A DNA stretch of 64,000 nt from an uncultured Actinomycetes bacterium (lineage in GTDB: Bacteria > Actinomycetota > Thermoleophilia > RBG-16-64-13): assembly GCA_963706025.1 (NCBI GenBank), contig CAVPLM010000011.1, forward strand, positions 64,055 through 128,054, read 5' to 3'. Position 1 is the first letter of the stretch, and the number at the start of each line of letters is the position of its first letter. Positions 31,158 to 42,968 of this stretch are shown piece after piece. Below the pieces are notes generated by a model, which worked only from the letters and a program-made list of their open reading frames with translations, made no database searches and was not told where the DNA came from. The position numbers and the translations under genes are program-made.

Positions 31158-31185
31158 TTGACAGCGTATTGGGCCAGCCTATACT
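31158..31185 (+). promoter_or_regulatory. Sigma70-type promoter
   Basis: TTGACA-N16-TATACT upstream of 31264. Confidence 0.65.
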
Positions 31186-31263
31186 TAGCCTAGGCGAGAT
31201 AGAGCCTTCTCGTGGCCTCTGCCGAGCGACGCACTGTATCTCCAGTTTGGGAGGAGGTCGAAC

Positions 31264-33009
31264 GTGAAGCGGGCTAGAGTTGTCACACTGCTTGTGGCGA
31301 TCGCACTAGTGCTCCTGGGTGCCGGCGCCACGCTAGCTGCATCTGAGACCTTCATCATCGTTCAGATCACCGTCAACACCGTCACCGACCACCCTCCGAA
31401 GGTTTCAGGGGACCGCATAGTATGGACCGCCGCTCAAGGGGCGGATGGGGGATCTGACTGGGAAGTCTTCACCTGTACTCCGGCGACCGGCACTGTACAG
31501 CTGACCGAGAACAGCGACACGGATACCTACGAAGAGGTCTCGGGAGACCGAGTCGTCTGGTGCGGCAAGGGAGGAACCGATGGCGGCACCGATGATGAGA
31601 TCTTCACCTGGACTCCAGCGACCGGCATCGTTCAGCTGACGACCAATGACGACGATGACTTCGATCCGAAGCTCTCTGGAGACCGGATCGTGTGGTGTGT
31701 CAAGGAGGCTGACGGTTATGGCGATATCCTCACCTGGACCCCCCAGGGCGGCACGGTTTGGATCACCGGAAGCAAAGAACTGGGAGACCACAATCCGGCC
31801 GTCTCCGGCGACCGCGTGGTGTGGGAGGGGCAGGCCGGCCCCGGGGACATGAAGGATAGGGAGATTTACACCTGGACACCCGGCGGTGGCGTAGTCCGCA
31901 TTACCAGAAACGGCACTGACGACATCTTCGCCAGTGTCTCCGGCGACCGAGTGGTGTGGTGCGGTGACGTCCCACTAGACCTCGAGGGCGGTCTCCACAG
32001 GGGCGAGGTTTTCACCTGGACGCCTACGGGCGGCATCGTCCAGATCACGCGCTCCACCGACTATTGGTATTGGCCCCAGGTGTCCGGCGACCGTGTCGTG
32101 TGGAGTGCGCTTACAGGGATCTACACATGGACTCCCGCGGAGGGCGTTCTCCAGATCATCACTAACGACGAGTTCAAGTATGTAAACGCGTACGTCTCGG
32201 ATGATCGCGTCGTGTGGCAAAGCGAGAGCGTCGAGCCCAGCAAGAACGAGATCTTCACCTGGACACTCGCCTCGGGTACCGTGCAGATTACCAACAACAA
32301 CACCGCCGAGTACTACCCGCAGGTATCTGGCGACCGCATCGTTTGGCAGGGGCCCAGAGGCAGCGATGGTGGGTACGACTCCGAGATCTTCACTGCGACC
32401 CTGTTGCCCGAAGGACCGGCCTTCCCCGACGTACAACCCACGCACCCCTATCGTACTGCCATCAATGGAATGGCCTCCCGAGGCATCGTCGGGGGATACG
32501 CCAACGGTAATTTCGGTCCGGACGACCTGGTCATGCGTCAGCAGTTCGCCAAGATGATCGTGGGTACCTTGGGGCTCGCCGCGGCCGAGGAAGATTGGGA
32601 GGACGCCAGCAAGCCCTTCCGTGATCTGGAAGCGGACAATTTGACCAGCCTCTATCCCCATGAGTACGTGGCCTTGTGTGCCCGTAACAACATCACCAAG
32701 GGCACGATAGATCCCACCAAGTTCGCGCCCTACGACAACATCATCCGCGCTCAAGTGATCACGATGGTTGTGCGGGCCGCAGATAACCTCCGGGCAGGCA
32801 CGCTCCAACCCGTGCCCGCCGGCTGGACCGGGGTCCTTCCGGTGGGTGATCCCACGCACGGCGGCAATATCGCAAAGGCGGAGCACAGCGGCTTGCTGGT
32901 CGGCATCGTTGGACCCAGCGGCACTCTGTCCGGTTGGGATACCTACGGCAAAGCCACCCGGGGAGAGGTCGCGCAGATTCTCTGGAACCTGCTGGGGCTC
33001 ATGAACTGA
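31264..33009 (+). CDS. Secreted beta-propeller repeat protein with C-terminal SLH module
   Basis: Signal peptide, about 8 repeats of PxVSGDRVVW...EIFTWTP..G.VQIT, then FPDVQPTHPY...GGYANGNFGP...RQQFAKMIV. Confidence 0.88.
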   Translation: MKRARVVTLLVAIALVLLGAGATLAASETFIIVQITVNTVTDHPPKVSGDRIVWTAAQGADGGSDWEVFTCTPATGTVQLTENSDTDTYEEVSGDRVVWCGKGGTDGGTDDEIFTWTPATGIVQLTTNDDDDFDPKLSGDRIVWCVKEADGYGDILTWTPQGGTVWITGSKELGDHNPAVSGDRVVWEGQAGPGDMKDREIYTWTPGGGVVRITRNGTDDIFASVSGDRVVWCGDVPLDLEGGLHRGEVFTWTPTGGIVQITRSTDYWYWPQVSGDRVVWSALTGIYTWTPAEGVLQIITNDEFKYVNAYVSDDRVVWQSESVEPSKNEIFTWTLASGTVQITNNNTAEYYPQVSGDRIVWQGPRGSDGGYDSEIFTATLLPEGPAFPDVQPTHPYRTAINGMASRGIVGGYANGNFGPDDLVMRQQFAKMIVGTLGLAAAEEDWEDASKPFRDLEADNLTSLYPHEYVALCARNNITKGTIDPTKFAPYDNIIRAQVITMVVRAADNLRAGTLQPVPAGWTGVLPVGDPTHGGNIAKAEHSGLLVGIVGPSGTLSGWDTYGKATRGEVAQILWNLLGLMN

Positions 33010-33504
33010 GGAGCGACCGAGGGCGGTATTCGACCAAAGCGAGCGAATGGGGAGTGCTCGGAGAGGAGACATATCTGATGCGGACGCCCGGATAATGAGT
33101 CCGCACGCGCTGGCCGGGCAGAGGCGAAGTCTTTAGGATCGCCGCACGGCAGGCTCCCGTCGGCAACCAGCAGCCCGATCGAGCCCGCCGAGTGCCCGCG
33201 TCGGCCTCTCAGTCTAGGTCCTCAGCTATCACCACACGTGAAGATCAAGGGCGCCAGACAGAACCGTCCCACCAGGTGTGCAAGAGGCCGTTGTCGGTCC
33301 CGCGCGCGAAGACATGGATTGATCTGCCACTCGTGTTACACCTCGTCTGGGGACGCTACCCCGCTTCTACTCTGGGTCAATACGAGGAGACAGGCCCCTG
33401 ACGGCGGAGCTTCATTCTGAAACGAGTTCTAAGAAGGAGGGGAGCAAGAGCCGATACTAGGGGAGAGTGCGCAAGTCGCCGGAAGATGTGATGGGGGCCT
33501 ACAT

Positions 33505-33777
33505 ATGATGAATCTATACGAGTGGCGCGAAATGATGCGGGAACGCTCGCGCAGGCGAATGGTCGAGCGTCTCGAGTTTCCAGAGCGTGATGAAACGGAC
33601 CAAAGGCGTCTGCTCATCGAGACGCTCAGAGAGTGGTGCGTCATCGACGAGGACGAGTATCAGGAACGGAAACGTGCCCTTGCGGATAGCGGGGCCCCCA
33701 GTGGCCGAGCTTGGGAGCTACGCGCGGAGGCTCGCGCTCACGATAGACGCAGCCGACGCCGAGGGCCCCGGCCATAA
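33505..33777 (+). CDS. Small hypothetical protein (SHOCT-like motif)
   Basis: LIETLREWCVIDEDEYQERKRAL resembles a SHOCT helix pair. Confidence 0.4.
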   Translation: MMNLYEWREMMRERSRRRMVERLEFPERDETDQRRLLIETLREWCVIDEDEYQERKRALADSGAPSGRAWELRAEARAHDRRSRRRGPRP

Positions 33778-33954
33778 GAACTGGTTTCAGAATGAAGCTC
33801 CGCCGTCAGGGACGCGCTGGGCACGCAAAAGGCAAGGACGCAAAGAGCGTGAATAGCGGCGCTATTCACGCGACTGAGGACGACGCATTGTGCCGCTCAG
33901 CGTGCTCTAGGCGGCCGCGGCTTCATTTTGAAACCAGTTGTAAGCGACCGGGGC

Positions 33955-34455
33955 CTATGCCACCGCGAAGTGGACGATCACTCCGATCATCCACACGGAT
34001 CCAGCGAGAGCCACCATCCCGAACTCGACCAGCATGCCCAGGCCGGTCGCCTTGAGCGCCTCGACGCTGGATCTGAGAGCCGACCGGAAGTCTCCCCCTC
34101 GCACATACTCGCTCACGAATAGGCCGGCAGCGAAGCCGACGAACAGGCCGAAAACGGGGATCACGAACATCCCGACGATGCCGGCCAACACCGCCACCAG
34201 GATAGAACGCCGTGGAATCTTCTCCTGCTTGAGCTTACGGCCGGTCAGCAGGGCACTGGCCGACCAGCCCACGCAGACCAGTACGGCTCCGATGCCTGCG
34301 GCGATCCACGACGCGGCCGAACTGAGGACCCACCCCCACGCGATCAGCGTGACGAGGGCGATCGGGCTGCCGGGCAGCAAAGGGTACACCGTTCCGAACA
34401 CGGCGACGGCGAGAAGAACGCCCGCGACAACGGTGACGATGATATCGGTAGTCAT
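33955..34455 (-). CDS. DUF456 family membrane protein
   Basis: GTVYPLLPG...GIVGMFVIPVFGLFVGFAAGLFVSEY. Confidence 0.8.
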   Translation of the reverse strand: MTTDIIVTVVAGVLLAVAVFGTVYPLLPGSPIALVTLIAWGWVLSSAASWIAAGIGAVLVCVGWSASALLTGRKLKQEKIPRRSILVAVLAGIVGMFVIPVFGLFVGFAAGLFVSEYVRGGDFRSALRSSVEALKATGLGMLVEFGMVALAGSVWMIGVIVHFAVA

Positions 34456-34673
34456 ACTGCTACTGGAGTCTCCTTCTCCCGGATGAAAAGGAGCCCACTT
34501 CCGAGGCCCCCGTCATCGTAGTCGACCCAACCACATTTGAACACCGTTGCGCGGCTGCAAGTCCGGCCGGTCGCCCGGCATACGTGACCATGTCCAGGCC
34601 TATACTAGGATAGTACCGACACTGTCGTGAGAGAATGGGCCGTCCGCACGCAGGCCCAGAAGGAGCGAGGGTC

Positions 34674-35634
<961 letters not shown>

Positions 35635-35642
<8 letters not shown>

Positions 35643-36825
35643 GTTCCGTCTCATAGCCCGCCAGGAGTACCTCAAGAACGTCCGCCGACGCAGCTTCCTG
35701 CTGGCCACCTTTGCCGTGCCCCTTATGATCATCGCCATGATGGGGGTGAGCATCTTCGCAGGTGAGCGCAGCGGAGGCGACGCGGCTACCCTCGGCTACG
35801 TAGATCAGAGCGGCGTGCTCACAGCCGGACGAGACGATCCGGGGTTCACGCCGTTCTCCACGATCGAGGCCGCGAGAGCCGACCTGGAAGCCGGGAAGTT
35901 ACGCGGTTTCTACGTGATCTCTTCGGACTACCTGGCTTCCGGGAAGGCGCAACTCTTCTACTGGGACCGCCCGCCCTCTCTCCAGTTGCAGGAAAGCTTC
36001 GACTCGTTTCTCAAGGCCAACCTGGTCGGCGGACTCGAGCCCGCCGTCGCCGAACGGGCCCTCGATGGCCCCTCCGACTTCGTGGTCCGCTCGGCCGACG
36101 GAAGCCGGGAGACGGACTTTCAGGGCATCACCCGCATCATCCTCCCCTTCGCCCTCGGCCTCTTTATCTCCTTCGCCCTGATGAGCGCGGCGAGCTACCT
36201 CTTGCGGGCGGTCGCGGACGAGAAGGAAAGCCGCACGATAGAGATCATGACCACTTCGGTCTCGCCGCAGCAGCTCATCGCGGGCAAGTCGGTGGGCCTT
36301 GTGGCTGTAGCCCTCACACAGGTATTCCTGTGGGCGCTGGTGGTGCTGGTGGGGCTGGCGGTGGCCTCGAACTTCGTGGACTCCCTTGGCGGGCTGGAGG
36401 TCTCGTGGAGTCTGGTCATGATACTTGCGGTCTATTTCGTGCCCTTGTTCACTCTGGCGGCCGCGATGGTGGTCATTCTCGGCGTCGCGGTGACCGATAC
36501 CCGTCAAGGCCAGCAGATGGCGGGGGCCATCAGCATTCTCTTCCTGCTTCCCTTGTTCTTCTCGCCTCTTCTCGGCAGCGACCCCGACGGACCGCTGATG
36601 GTCGCGCTCACCCTGTTCCCCACGACCTCGCTGCTGACCATCGCCATCCGCTGGGGCGCCACGGTCGTGCCCCTCTGGCAGCTCATCCTGGGCTGGGTGA
36701 TCCTAGTCGGCTGCGCAGGCTTCGGTATCTGGGCTGCGCCCAAGGTGTTCCGCCGGGGCATGCTGCGGTACGGACGGCGGATGACCCTGCGTAACGTCTT
36801 TGACGCCGTACGGGCGCGGGGGTGA
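35635..36825 (+). CDS. ABC-2 family permease
   Basis: IARQEYLKNVRRRSF, EKESRTIEIM...GK and six TMs. Confidence 0.9.
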
Positions 36826-36832
36826 GTGCACC

Positions 36833-38363
36833 ATGCGGCAGGTATGGCTGACGGCCAGGTACGAGCTGCGCACCACGCTGGGGCGGCGGTCGTTCTGGCT
36901 CACCACCCTCCTGCTGCCGGCTGCCGTCCTGCTCCTGGTGTTCATCCTTCAACTGTCCTCGCTCGGCGATCAGGATCAGGGGACGCCGATTCCGGGGGCC
37001 GATGCAGGCACGAAGCCGATCGGGTACGTCGACCCGGCCGGTCTGCTCCATACCTCGCCGACCGATCTTCCGCCGGGCATCGTGCGAGAGCTACCGGGAC
37101 GAGCCCCAGGCTCAAGCGGCGCTGGCTCGTGCTGAGATCGACCGCTACTACCTCATCCCGCAGGACTATGTCGAGTCGGGCCGGTTGACCGTGGTCGAGA
37201 ACCGGTATCAGCCCTTGCGGGCCCTGGAAGGTACCGAGCTGATCACCTACGTCATCAACACCGGCATCACCGGTGACGAGAACTTGGCCGCGCTGCTCCT
37301 GGACCCGACCCCGGGGTTGGAGTCGTCGGCCCTGGACCCCGCCGGTGCCAGAGCCCCGGATGATGCCGCGGCGGCCTACCTCCTCCCCTACTTGTTGATG
37401 TTCATGCTCTATCTGGCGTTGGCATTGACCAGCGGCTTCATGCTTCAGAGCGTTTCCAGGGAGAAGGAGAATCGCACGGCCGAGGTCCTCCTCGTGAGCT
37501 TGAGACCGCGAGACCTGATGGTGGGGAAGATCGCCGGTCTTTCGGCTGTGGGCTTGCTGCAAGTGGTGATCTGGCTTGCGGTCTTCTTCGGCGTGCTCGC
37601 CGGGAAGGGGACGTTGGCCGGCGTCGACCTGAACATCGGTGGCGAGGCGGCGGCCCGCGTGATCCCCTGGACGCTCGCCTACTTCCTGCTCGGCTACCTG
37701 ATGTACGCGTCGGTCTATGCCGTGCTCGGCGTGCTTGCGCCCACCGCCCGCGACGCCAATCAGTTCGTGTTTCTCGCCATCATCCCCCTGGTCGCCCCCC
37801 TGCTGTTCATCGGTTCGTTCTCGGATGCCCCCAACGGCACGCTCGCGACTACCCTCAGTCTCTTCCCCCTGACTTCGCCGATCGCCATGGTGGCCAGACT
37901 GGGGGCGACGCTCGTCCCCTGGTGGCAATCGCTGGCCGGCCTGGTGGGCCTGGGCGTCTTCGCCTACCTGTTCGTATTGCTGGCCGGACGGCTGTTCCGT
38001 GCGGAGAACCTTCTTTCGTCGCATGCGCTCACCTGGGGCCGCTTGACCAGGGAGCTACGTCCGCGGGCGGTGCACCCGATGGTGAGTGGAGCCGGGGCGT
38101 CCTCCACGGCGCGGGTCGCGCCTGCGGCGGCCGAACCGCCGGCGAGCGGCCGGGCGACGAACGGCCGGACGACGAGCGGAGCCCCGGGCAGGACGCGAGC
38201 CGCCTTCTCGAAACAGCGCCTGTATCTGATGGCCCTCGTTGCCGCCTTTCTTGTCATCATGGGGGTGAGCGAGCTTGCCAGAGGCGACTCCTCGGGCATC
38301 ATCATCGCGGCCGTGGGGATCCTCGCGGGGGCCCTCGCCTACTGGCGCCACCGGAAGGGCTAG
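36833..38363 (+). CDS. ABC-2 family permease (frameshift near 37090)
   Basis: TARYELRTTLGRRSFW, EKENRTAEVLL...GKIAG and multiple TMs. Confidence 0.85.
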
Positions 38364-38563
38364 CCGGACTCGCCAAACCTGTCCTATGGAAAGCATCACC
38401 GGCTGATGGCGCCCCTCCAGCGACCAAGCCTGAGGGCCGGCGAAGGGGGCAAAGCCACACACAGGAACGGAGGCCCCGAAGGACCTCCGTCACTCTGCCC
38501 GTTGTCACTATGCCGCTCGAGGAACCATGAAACACGAGCAACACTCAAGCTACAAAGTAGCGG

Positions 38564-39292
38564 TCATGGCCCTACGTGAACCTGGACGTTGCCGGCGCCA
38601 GTAGGAACCGGGTCACCAGGAGTAACAGCCGGGTCAAACTGTGTCGCATACCAGCCGTGCCAGAAGCCAAGATCCACGACTAGCCAGCTCTGCGTCAGGT
38701 CGGTTGCTCCAGGCCCACCACGGTCGATGAACATGAACCTGTAGGGAATGCTTGGTGGTGGGGGTTCGTTACGAAGGTAAAGCCCTAGCCACGGTGGTAT
38801 TTGTTTGTACTCCGAAATCGGGACGTATACCACGAAGTCGGCTACGGCCGCGCCCCCATAGGGCCACCCTTGTGGACGTTCTCCTAGCTCTGCCGGCCAA
38901 TTATCGTCACTTGCGACATAGAATTCTGCGTTGTCATCGGGGAGTCCATAGTATGCCTCCAACCAACTATCCCACCAGTCAGAGGTGAAGTCTCTGGTCT
39001 TTACCAGGTAGTGAAACCGGACACCAGGTGCTTCATCCGGCCAAAACTCGCGAAGTACCTTTATTAGCACTTCACCTCTGACACTGTCATCTGCAAACTT
39101 CTCTACCTTCGCTGTAAGCCCCCCGTGGGAGTCAGGAAGGTCCGCGCCGTTTGAGTTGTCACCAATATTCACCCAACTCACCGGCTGGTTGGGATTCGCC
39201 GCCTTGCCAAAGGCCGCGGCGGGCAGGATAAGCGCCACTGCGAGCAAGGCTACGGTGAGCACGACCAGAACGAGTGCTTTCTTGGCTTTCAT
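38564..39292 (-). CDS. Secreted hypothetical protein (lower GC)
   Basis: SD AGGAGGAGG and signal peptide MKAKKALVLVVL...; a family terminator follows at 38466-38491. Confidence 0.7.
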   Translation of the reverse strand: MKAKKALVLVVLTVALLAVALILPAAAFGKAANPNQPVSWVNIGDNSNGADLPDSHGGLTAKVEKFADDSVRGEVLIKVLREFWPDEAPGVRFHYLVKTRDFTSDWWDSWLEAYYGLPDDNAEFYVASDDNWPAELGERPQGWPYGGAAVADFVVYVPISEYKQIPPWLGLYLRNEPPPPSIPYRFMFIDRGGPGATDLTQSWLVVDLGFWHGWYATQFDPAVTPGDPVPTGAGNVQVHVGP

Positions 39293-39406
39293 GGGATGCG
39301 TACCTCCTCCTTGGCTCCTTTCGGGGAGCCTCCCTTTTCACAAGAGTGTCACCGCTGGTTCGTTACTCGGTGCACCTTCACACTGTCCTCCTCCCTCTAC
39401 TGCCCG

Positions 39407-40825
39407 TTAGAGGCGACCGCGTAGAGAGTAGCCATCCTCACTACCGAAATAGACCACCCCGTCCGACACGGCCGGGGAGCCAACCGCACCCCCCGCCTGG
39501 AACTTCCATGACTCCACGCCGCTCTGGATGTCCACTGCGTAGAGGTAGCGGTCGTCACTACCGAAAAGGACCACCACGTCTGTGACGGCCGGGGAGGGCC
39601 CGATCCACCACATATCGCCGCCGCCCGTCTTGAACTTCCACTTCTGCTGGCGGGTCTGGAGGTCCACCGCGTGGAGAGAGGCGTCCGCGCTGGTGAAATA
39701 GGCCACCCCGTTCGAGATAGCCGGGGAGGACTCGATCTTCACCCCGAAGCTTGAGCCCGTATTGAACTTCCAAAGCTCCGTGCCGCTTTGGATGTCGAGT
39801 GCATAGAGGTAGGCGTCCGATAGAAGCCCGGGCCCCAGCCCACCAAAGTAGACCACCCCGCCGGAGATGGCCGGGGAGCCAACCGCCGCATCGCCTGTCT
39901 GGAACTTCCACTTCTCCGTGCCGCTCTGGACGTCCACCGCGTAGAGGTAGGTGTCCATGCTGCCAAAGTAGACCACCCCATCGGAGACGGCCGGCAGGCC
40001 GACCGTACCCCCCGTCTGGAACTTCCACTTCTCCGTGCCGCTCTGGATGTCCAGGGCGTAGAGGTAGTTATCAAGACTACCGAAGTAGACCACTCCGTCT
40101 GCGATGGCCGGGGAGCCGACCGCACTTCCCGCCTGGAACTTCCACTTCTCCGTGCCCCTCTGGATGTCCACCGCGTAGAGGTAGGTGTCCTCACTACCGA
40201 AATAGATCACCCCGTCCGAGACGGCCGGGGAGCCAACCCGCCCGCCCGTCTGGAACTTCCACTTCTCCGTGCCGCTCTGGACGTCCACTGCGTAGAGGTA
40301 GGTGTCCTCACTACCGAAATAGATCACCCCGCCCGAGATGACCAGGGAGGAGCTAACCGGACCGCCCGTCTGGAACTTCCATACGAGTTCACCCAGTCGG
40401 CCGACGGTGGTCGTGGGAGTGGCCTGGGTGGTGGTGGTCGGCGCCTCGGTCGTAGCGGTCGCCGACGTGACCGTCGTCTCGTCTGTGATGTACACGATGG
40501 TTGTGCCTTTGCCCAGGTACTTCAAAGCCGCCAGGCTCCCGATGGCTACGGCGGCTACGAGGACGACGGCGAGGGAGGCATAGACTGCGACGCGGAGGCC
40601 GCTCGTCCGCCGACGCGGGGCGGACGCCTTCGGAGCGAACGACCGCTTGTGTTCGCCGGCCGTCGAAACAAGCTCTATCCGAGAGCCACTATCTGCACTT
40701 CTTCCTCGGTCCTTGTCTCCGACCATTCTCGCCTTCAGCATTTCCCATCCCATATCCACATCGACCGAGGGAGAGTTTCTTTCGTAGCTCTCTTGGATCA
40801 CGTCGCCCACTTGAGACTCCTTCAC
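39407..40825 (-). CDS. Putative anti-sigma factor: N-terminal cytoplasmic region, TM, Thr linker, PQQ-like beta-propeller repeats
   Basis: WKFQTGGxVGSPAxSDGVxYFGSxDxYLYAVD repeats (117-bp period); coupled to the ECF sigma stop. Confidence 0.82.
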   Translation of the reverse strand: MKESQVGDVIQESYERNSPSVDVDMGWEMLKARMVGDKDRGRSADSGSRIELVSTAGEHKRSFAPKASAPRRRTSGLRVAVYASLAVVLVAAVAIGSLAALKYLGKGTTIVYITDETTVTSATATTEAPTTTTQATPTTTVGRLGELVWKFQTGGPVSSSLVISGGVIYFGSEDTYLYAVDVQSGTEKWKFQTGGRVGSPAVSDGVIYFGSEDTYLYAVDIQRGTEKWKFQAGSAVGSPAIADGVVYFGSLDNYLYALDIQSGTEKWKFQTGGTVGLPAVSDGVVYFGSMDTYLYAVDVQSGTEKWKFQTGDAAVGSPAISGGVVYFGGLGPGLLSDAYLYALDIQSGTELWKFNTGSSFGVKIESSPAISNGVAYFTSADASLHAVDLQTRQQKWKFKTGGGDMWWIGPSPAVTDVVVLFGSDDRYLYAVDIQSGVESWKFQAGGAVGSPAVSDGVVYFGSEDGYSLRGRL

Positions 40826-41349
40826 GGCTCCACCTCGAGCTTGGCCCCCAACGTTTCCCGGGCGCGGAACAAGTGGCTCTTTATGGCTCCTTCCGAGAGA
40901 CCCATTGCCTGCGCCGTCTCCTTCTGAGAGAACCCGGCTATGTAGTGAAGAGCCGCTGCCTCCCGCCGGCGTCGGGGTAGTTCCCTAAGAGCCTCCACGA
41001 ACTCACGCTCGGGATACCAGGAGACATCATTGCCGCTCGCCGCTTCCATCACCTGGCGATCCCGAAGGCGAGCGAGACGGATGAGTCGACGCCGATAGTC
41101 GCGGCAGCGATTGAGTGCCACCCGGTAGACCCACCCCACTGGATCCTCATATGCCGACACTCGATCCCAATGCAGGTGCAGTTGGAGGAAGGCCTCTTGA
41201 GCGGCGTCAGCCGCCGTCTCGCGATCGAGAGTGATCAGACACAGCGTCTTGACCAACCGGGGATAGTAGAGGCGGAAGAGATTCTCGAGGCTTTGCCGGT
41301 CTCGATCACTCTCAACGTCGTCCCGGTGTACGGCGTCCACCTCTAGCAC
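40822..41349 (-). CDS. ECF RNA polymerase sigma factor
   Basis: AADAAQEAF...WVYRVALN (region 2) and LPRRRREAAALHY...SQKETAQAMGLSEGAIKSHLFRAR (region 4). Confidence 0.92.
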   Translation of the reverse strand: MLEVDAVHRDDVESDRDRQSLENLFRLYYPRLVKTLCLITLDRETAADAAQEAFLQLHLHWDRVSAYEDPVGWVYRVALNRCRDYRRRLIRLARLRDRQVMEAASGNDVSWYPEREFVEALRELPRRRREAAALHYIAGFSQKETAQAMGLSEGAIKSHLFRARETLGAKLEVEP

Positions 41350-41397
41350 GCTCGCTCTCGTCGTTCCTCCTCCGGTGACGAGTTGCTCACATAGAGG

Positions 41398-41426
41398 ACA
41401 CGCCCGGAGGCCACGAAAGGTTTACA
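41398..41426 (-). promoter_or_regulatory. Candidate autoregulatory ECF promoter
   Basis: Minus strand TGTAAACC-N16-CGTGT upstream of the ECF gene, matching the AAC...CGT pattern. Confidence 0.5.
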
Positions 41427-41883
41427 GCAGCGCGAACGGCGCTATCAATCGGTCACTTCATCATGTGTCCGGCAGGGGCGCTTGAACGATCCGCTGAGCG
41501 TCCGATACCAGGTCCAAGATCTGGCGGCGATGATGCCTGGTTTGCATTCGTTTCCTCAGTCATGTTATGGGTTGAGATGCTTGAGGAACTCGAACACCAG
41601 CGTGGTGTAGGCGTTCAGACGGACCATCGGACGGCCTGGAAGGAGTCCCTCGATTATCGCTAGGTTGTCGTTTTCCGTGTGCCAGAAAGACAAGTACTCC
41701 TCGGTCTGAATCCAACCGTCACAGTCGTAGATCTCCCAGTTGGTGGACTCGAAGGCCACGATGGGGGGAATCGATTCCCTCCCGTATAGCCTGAGTATAG
41801 GCCACTTCTACTCTGCGTCAATCGGCGCAAGGGACAGCCCGAAGCGGCCGAGCTTGGCAACGTGAAGAGGTCTGGGAACCGAG

Positions 41884-42084
41884 TCACTTACTCCCCCGCC
41901 AACGGCGGGTAATCCCCGCGCCCCAATCAAGGAGGGCGTATCCCGCGACGAATAGCACAGCGGCGATGGCGAGGGTGATGAATTTGGAGGTGAAGCTACT
42001 CTCGATAGCGTAGTGGGCGATGGCAACACCCGCGCCCGCGAGGAGGAGGATTATCCCCACTATCGTCGCGACGACCTTCCGCAT
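41884..42084 (-). CDS. Small two-TM membrane protein
   Basis: MRKVVATIVGIILLLAGAG... with SD AAGGAG. Confidence 0.6.
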   Translation of the reverse strand: MRKVVATIVGIILLLAGAGVAIAHYAIESSFTSKFITLAIAAVLFVAGYALLDWGAGITRRWRGSK

Positions 42085-42291
42085 CCCCTCTCCTTCATCC
42101 CCTCGATGACGATGGTATCGGCGCCACCCGTGCACCTGCAACTTCTCCACTATAGGACATGTGGCGAAGACAAAGCAGAAGCCCCCGTCGGCCGAGCTTG
42201 GAACTACCGAAGGCGGGGGCTTGCGCACGCAGGAGAACCCCAGGCTGAAGATGAATACCTCACAATGCGTTCTTTGCCGGAGGTCGAGGCC

Positions 42292-42873
42292 GTGAAGAAG
42301 ACCCTGTTGCTTGCGCCTGCTATTGCCGTCATGCTGCTTCTCTCCGGCTGCGCGACCGAGGTGACCACCACAACCACCCCTACGACCAGCCCTACCACCA
42401 CCAGTGCTCCCACCACTGTCACAGCAAGCTCGACCTCCACGACGGCACCCACCACCTCGATGATGGCCACGACCTTCACCGCTGAGCTTTCTGGCGCGGA
42501 GGTCGTTCCCGCGGTCGACACGCCGGCGACCGGATCGGCCACCTTCACAATCGACGCCAGCGGCACGAGGGCCTACTTCAAGCTCACGCTGAGCAACATC
42601 ACTGATGTGATCGCGTCCCGCGTCCACGAGGGCAACCCGGGCACCAACGGTCGAGGCGTGCTCATTCTCTATCCCGGTCCGACCCAAAGCGGCACCTTCA
42701 CCGGAGTGCTCGCCCAAGGCACCTTCAACGGCTCGGTCCTCATCGGATCGCTCGCCGGCAAGACGCTCGCTGATTTCGCGGTCCTGCTTCAGGGAGGCCA
42801 AGCCTACGTGAATGTGGGCACCACCAAGAATCCCCAGGGGGAGATCCGGGGTCAGATTCACGAGGAGATGTAG
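42292..42873 (+). CDS. CHRD domain lipoprotein
   Basis: Lipobox LSGC, Thr linker, FTAELSGAEVVP.V.TPATGSA...AYVNVGT..NPQGEIRGQI. Confidence 0.88.
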   Translation: MKKTLLLAPAIAVMLLLSGCATEVTTTTTPTTSPTTTSAPTTVTASSTSTTAPTTSMMATTFTAELSGAEVVPAVDTPATGSATFTIDASGTRAYFKLTLSNITDVIASRVHEGNPGTNGRGVLILYPGPTQSGTFTGVLAQGTFNGSVLIGSLAGKTLADFAVLLQGGQAYVNVGTTKNPQGEIRGQIHEEM

Positions 42874-42968
42874 TTCTTGTGAGCGGTTAGGCCACCGCCG
42901 GCCAAGCTTGGCAGGTAATACAGAAGCTCCGATCTTCCGATATCAGGGGTAGGAAGAAGGAGGACATC

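Noticed and set aside
29251-33319. Possible DGR template/variable repeat pair (lectin gene 3' end duplicated in non-coding DNA)
   Set aside because: The mismatches are not adenine-specific on either strand, and the only RT trace is a group II intron tail.
41760-41800. Similarity to the tRNA-Ser fragment flank (CCGTATAGCCT)
   Set aside because: The match is only about 11 nt and there is no convincing T arm.
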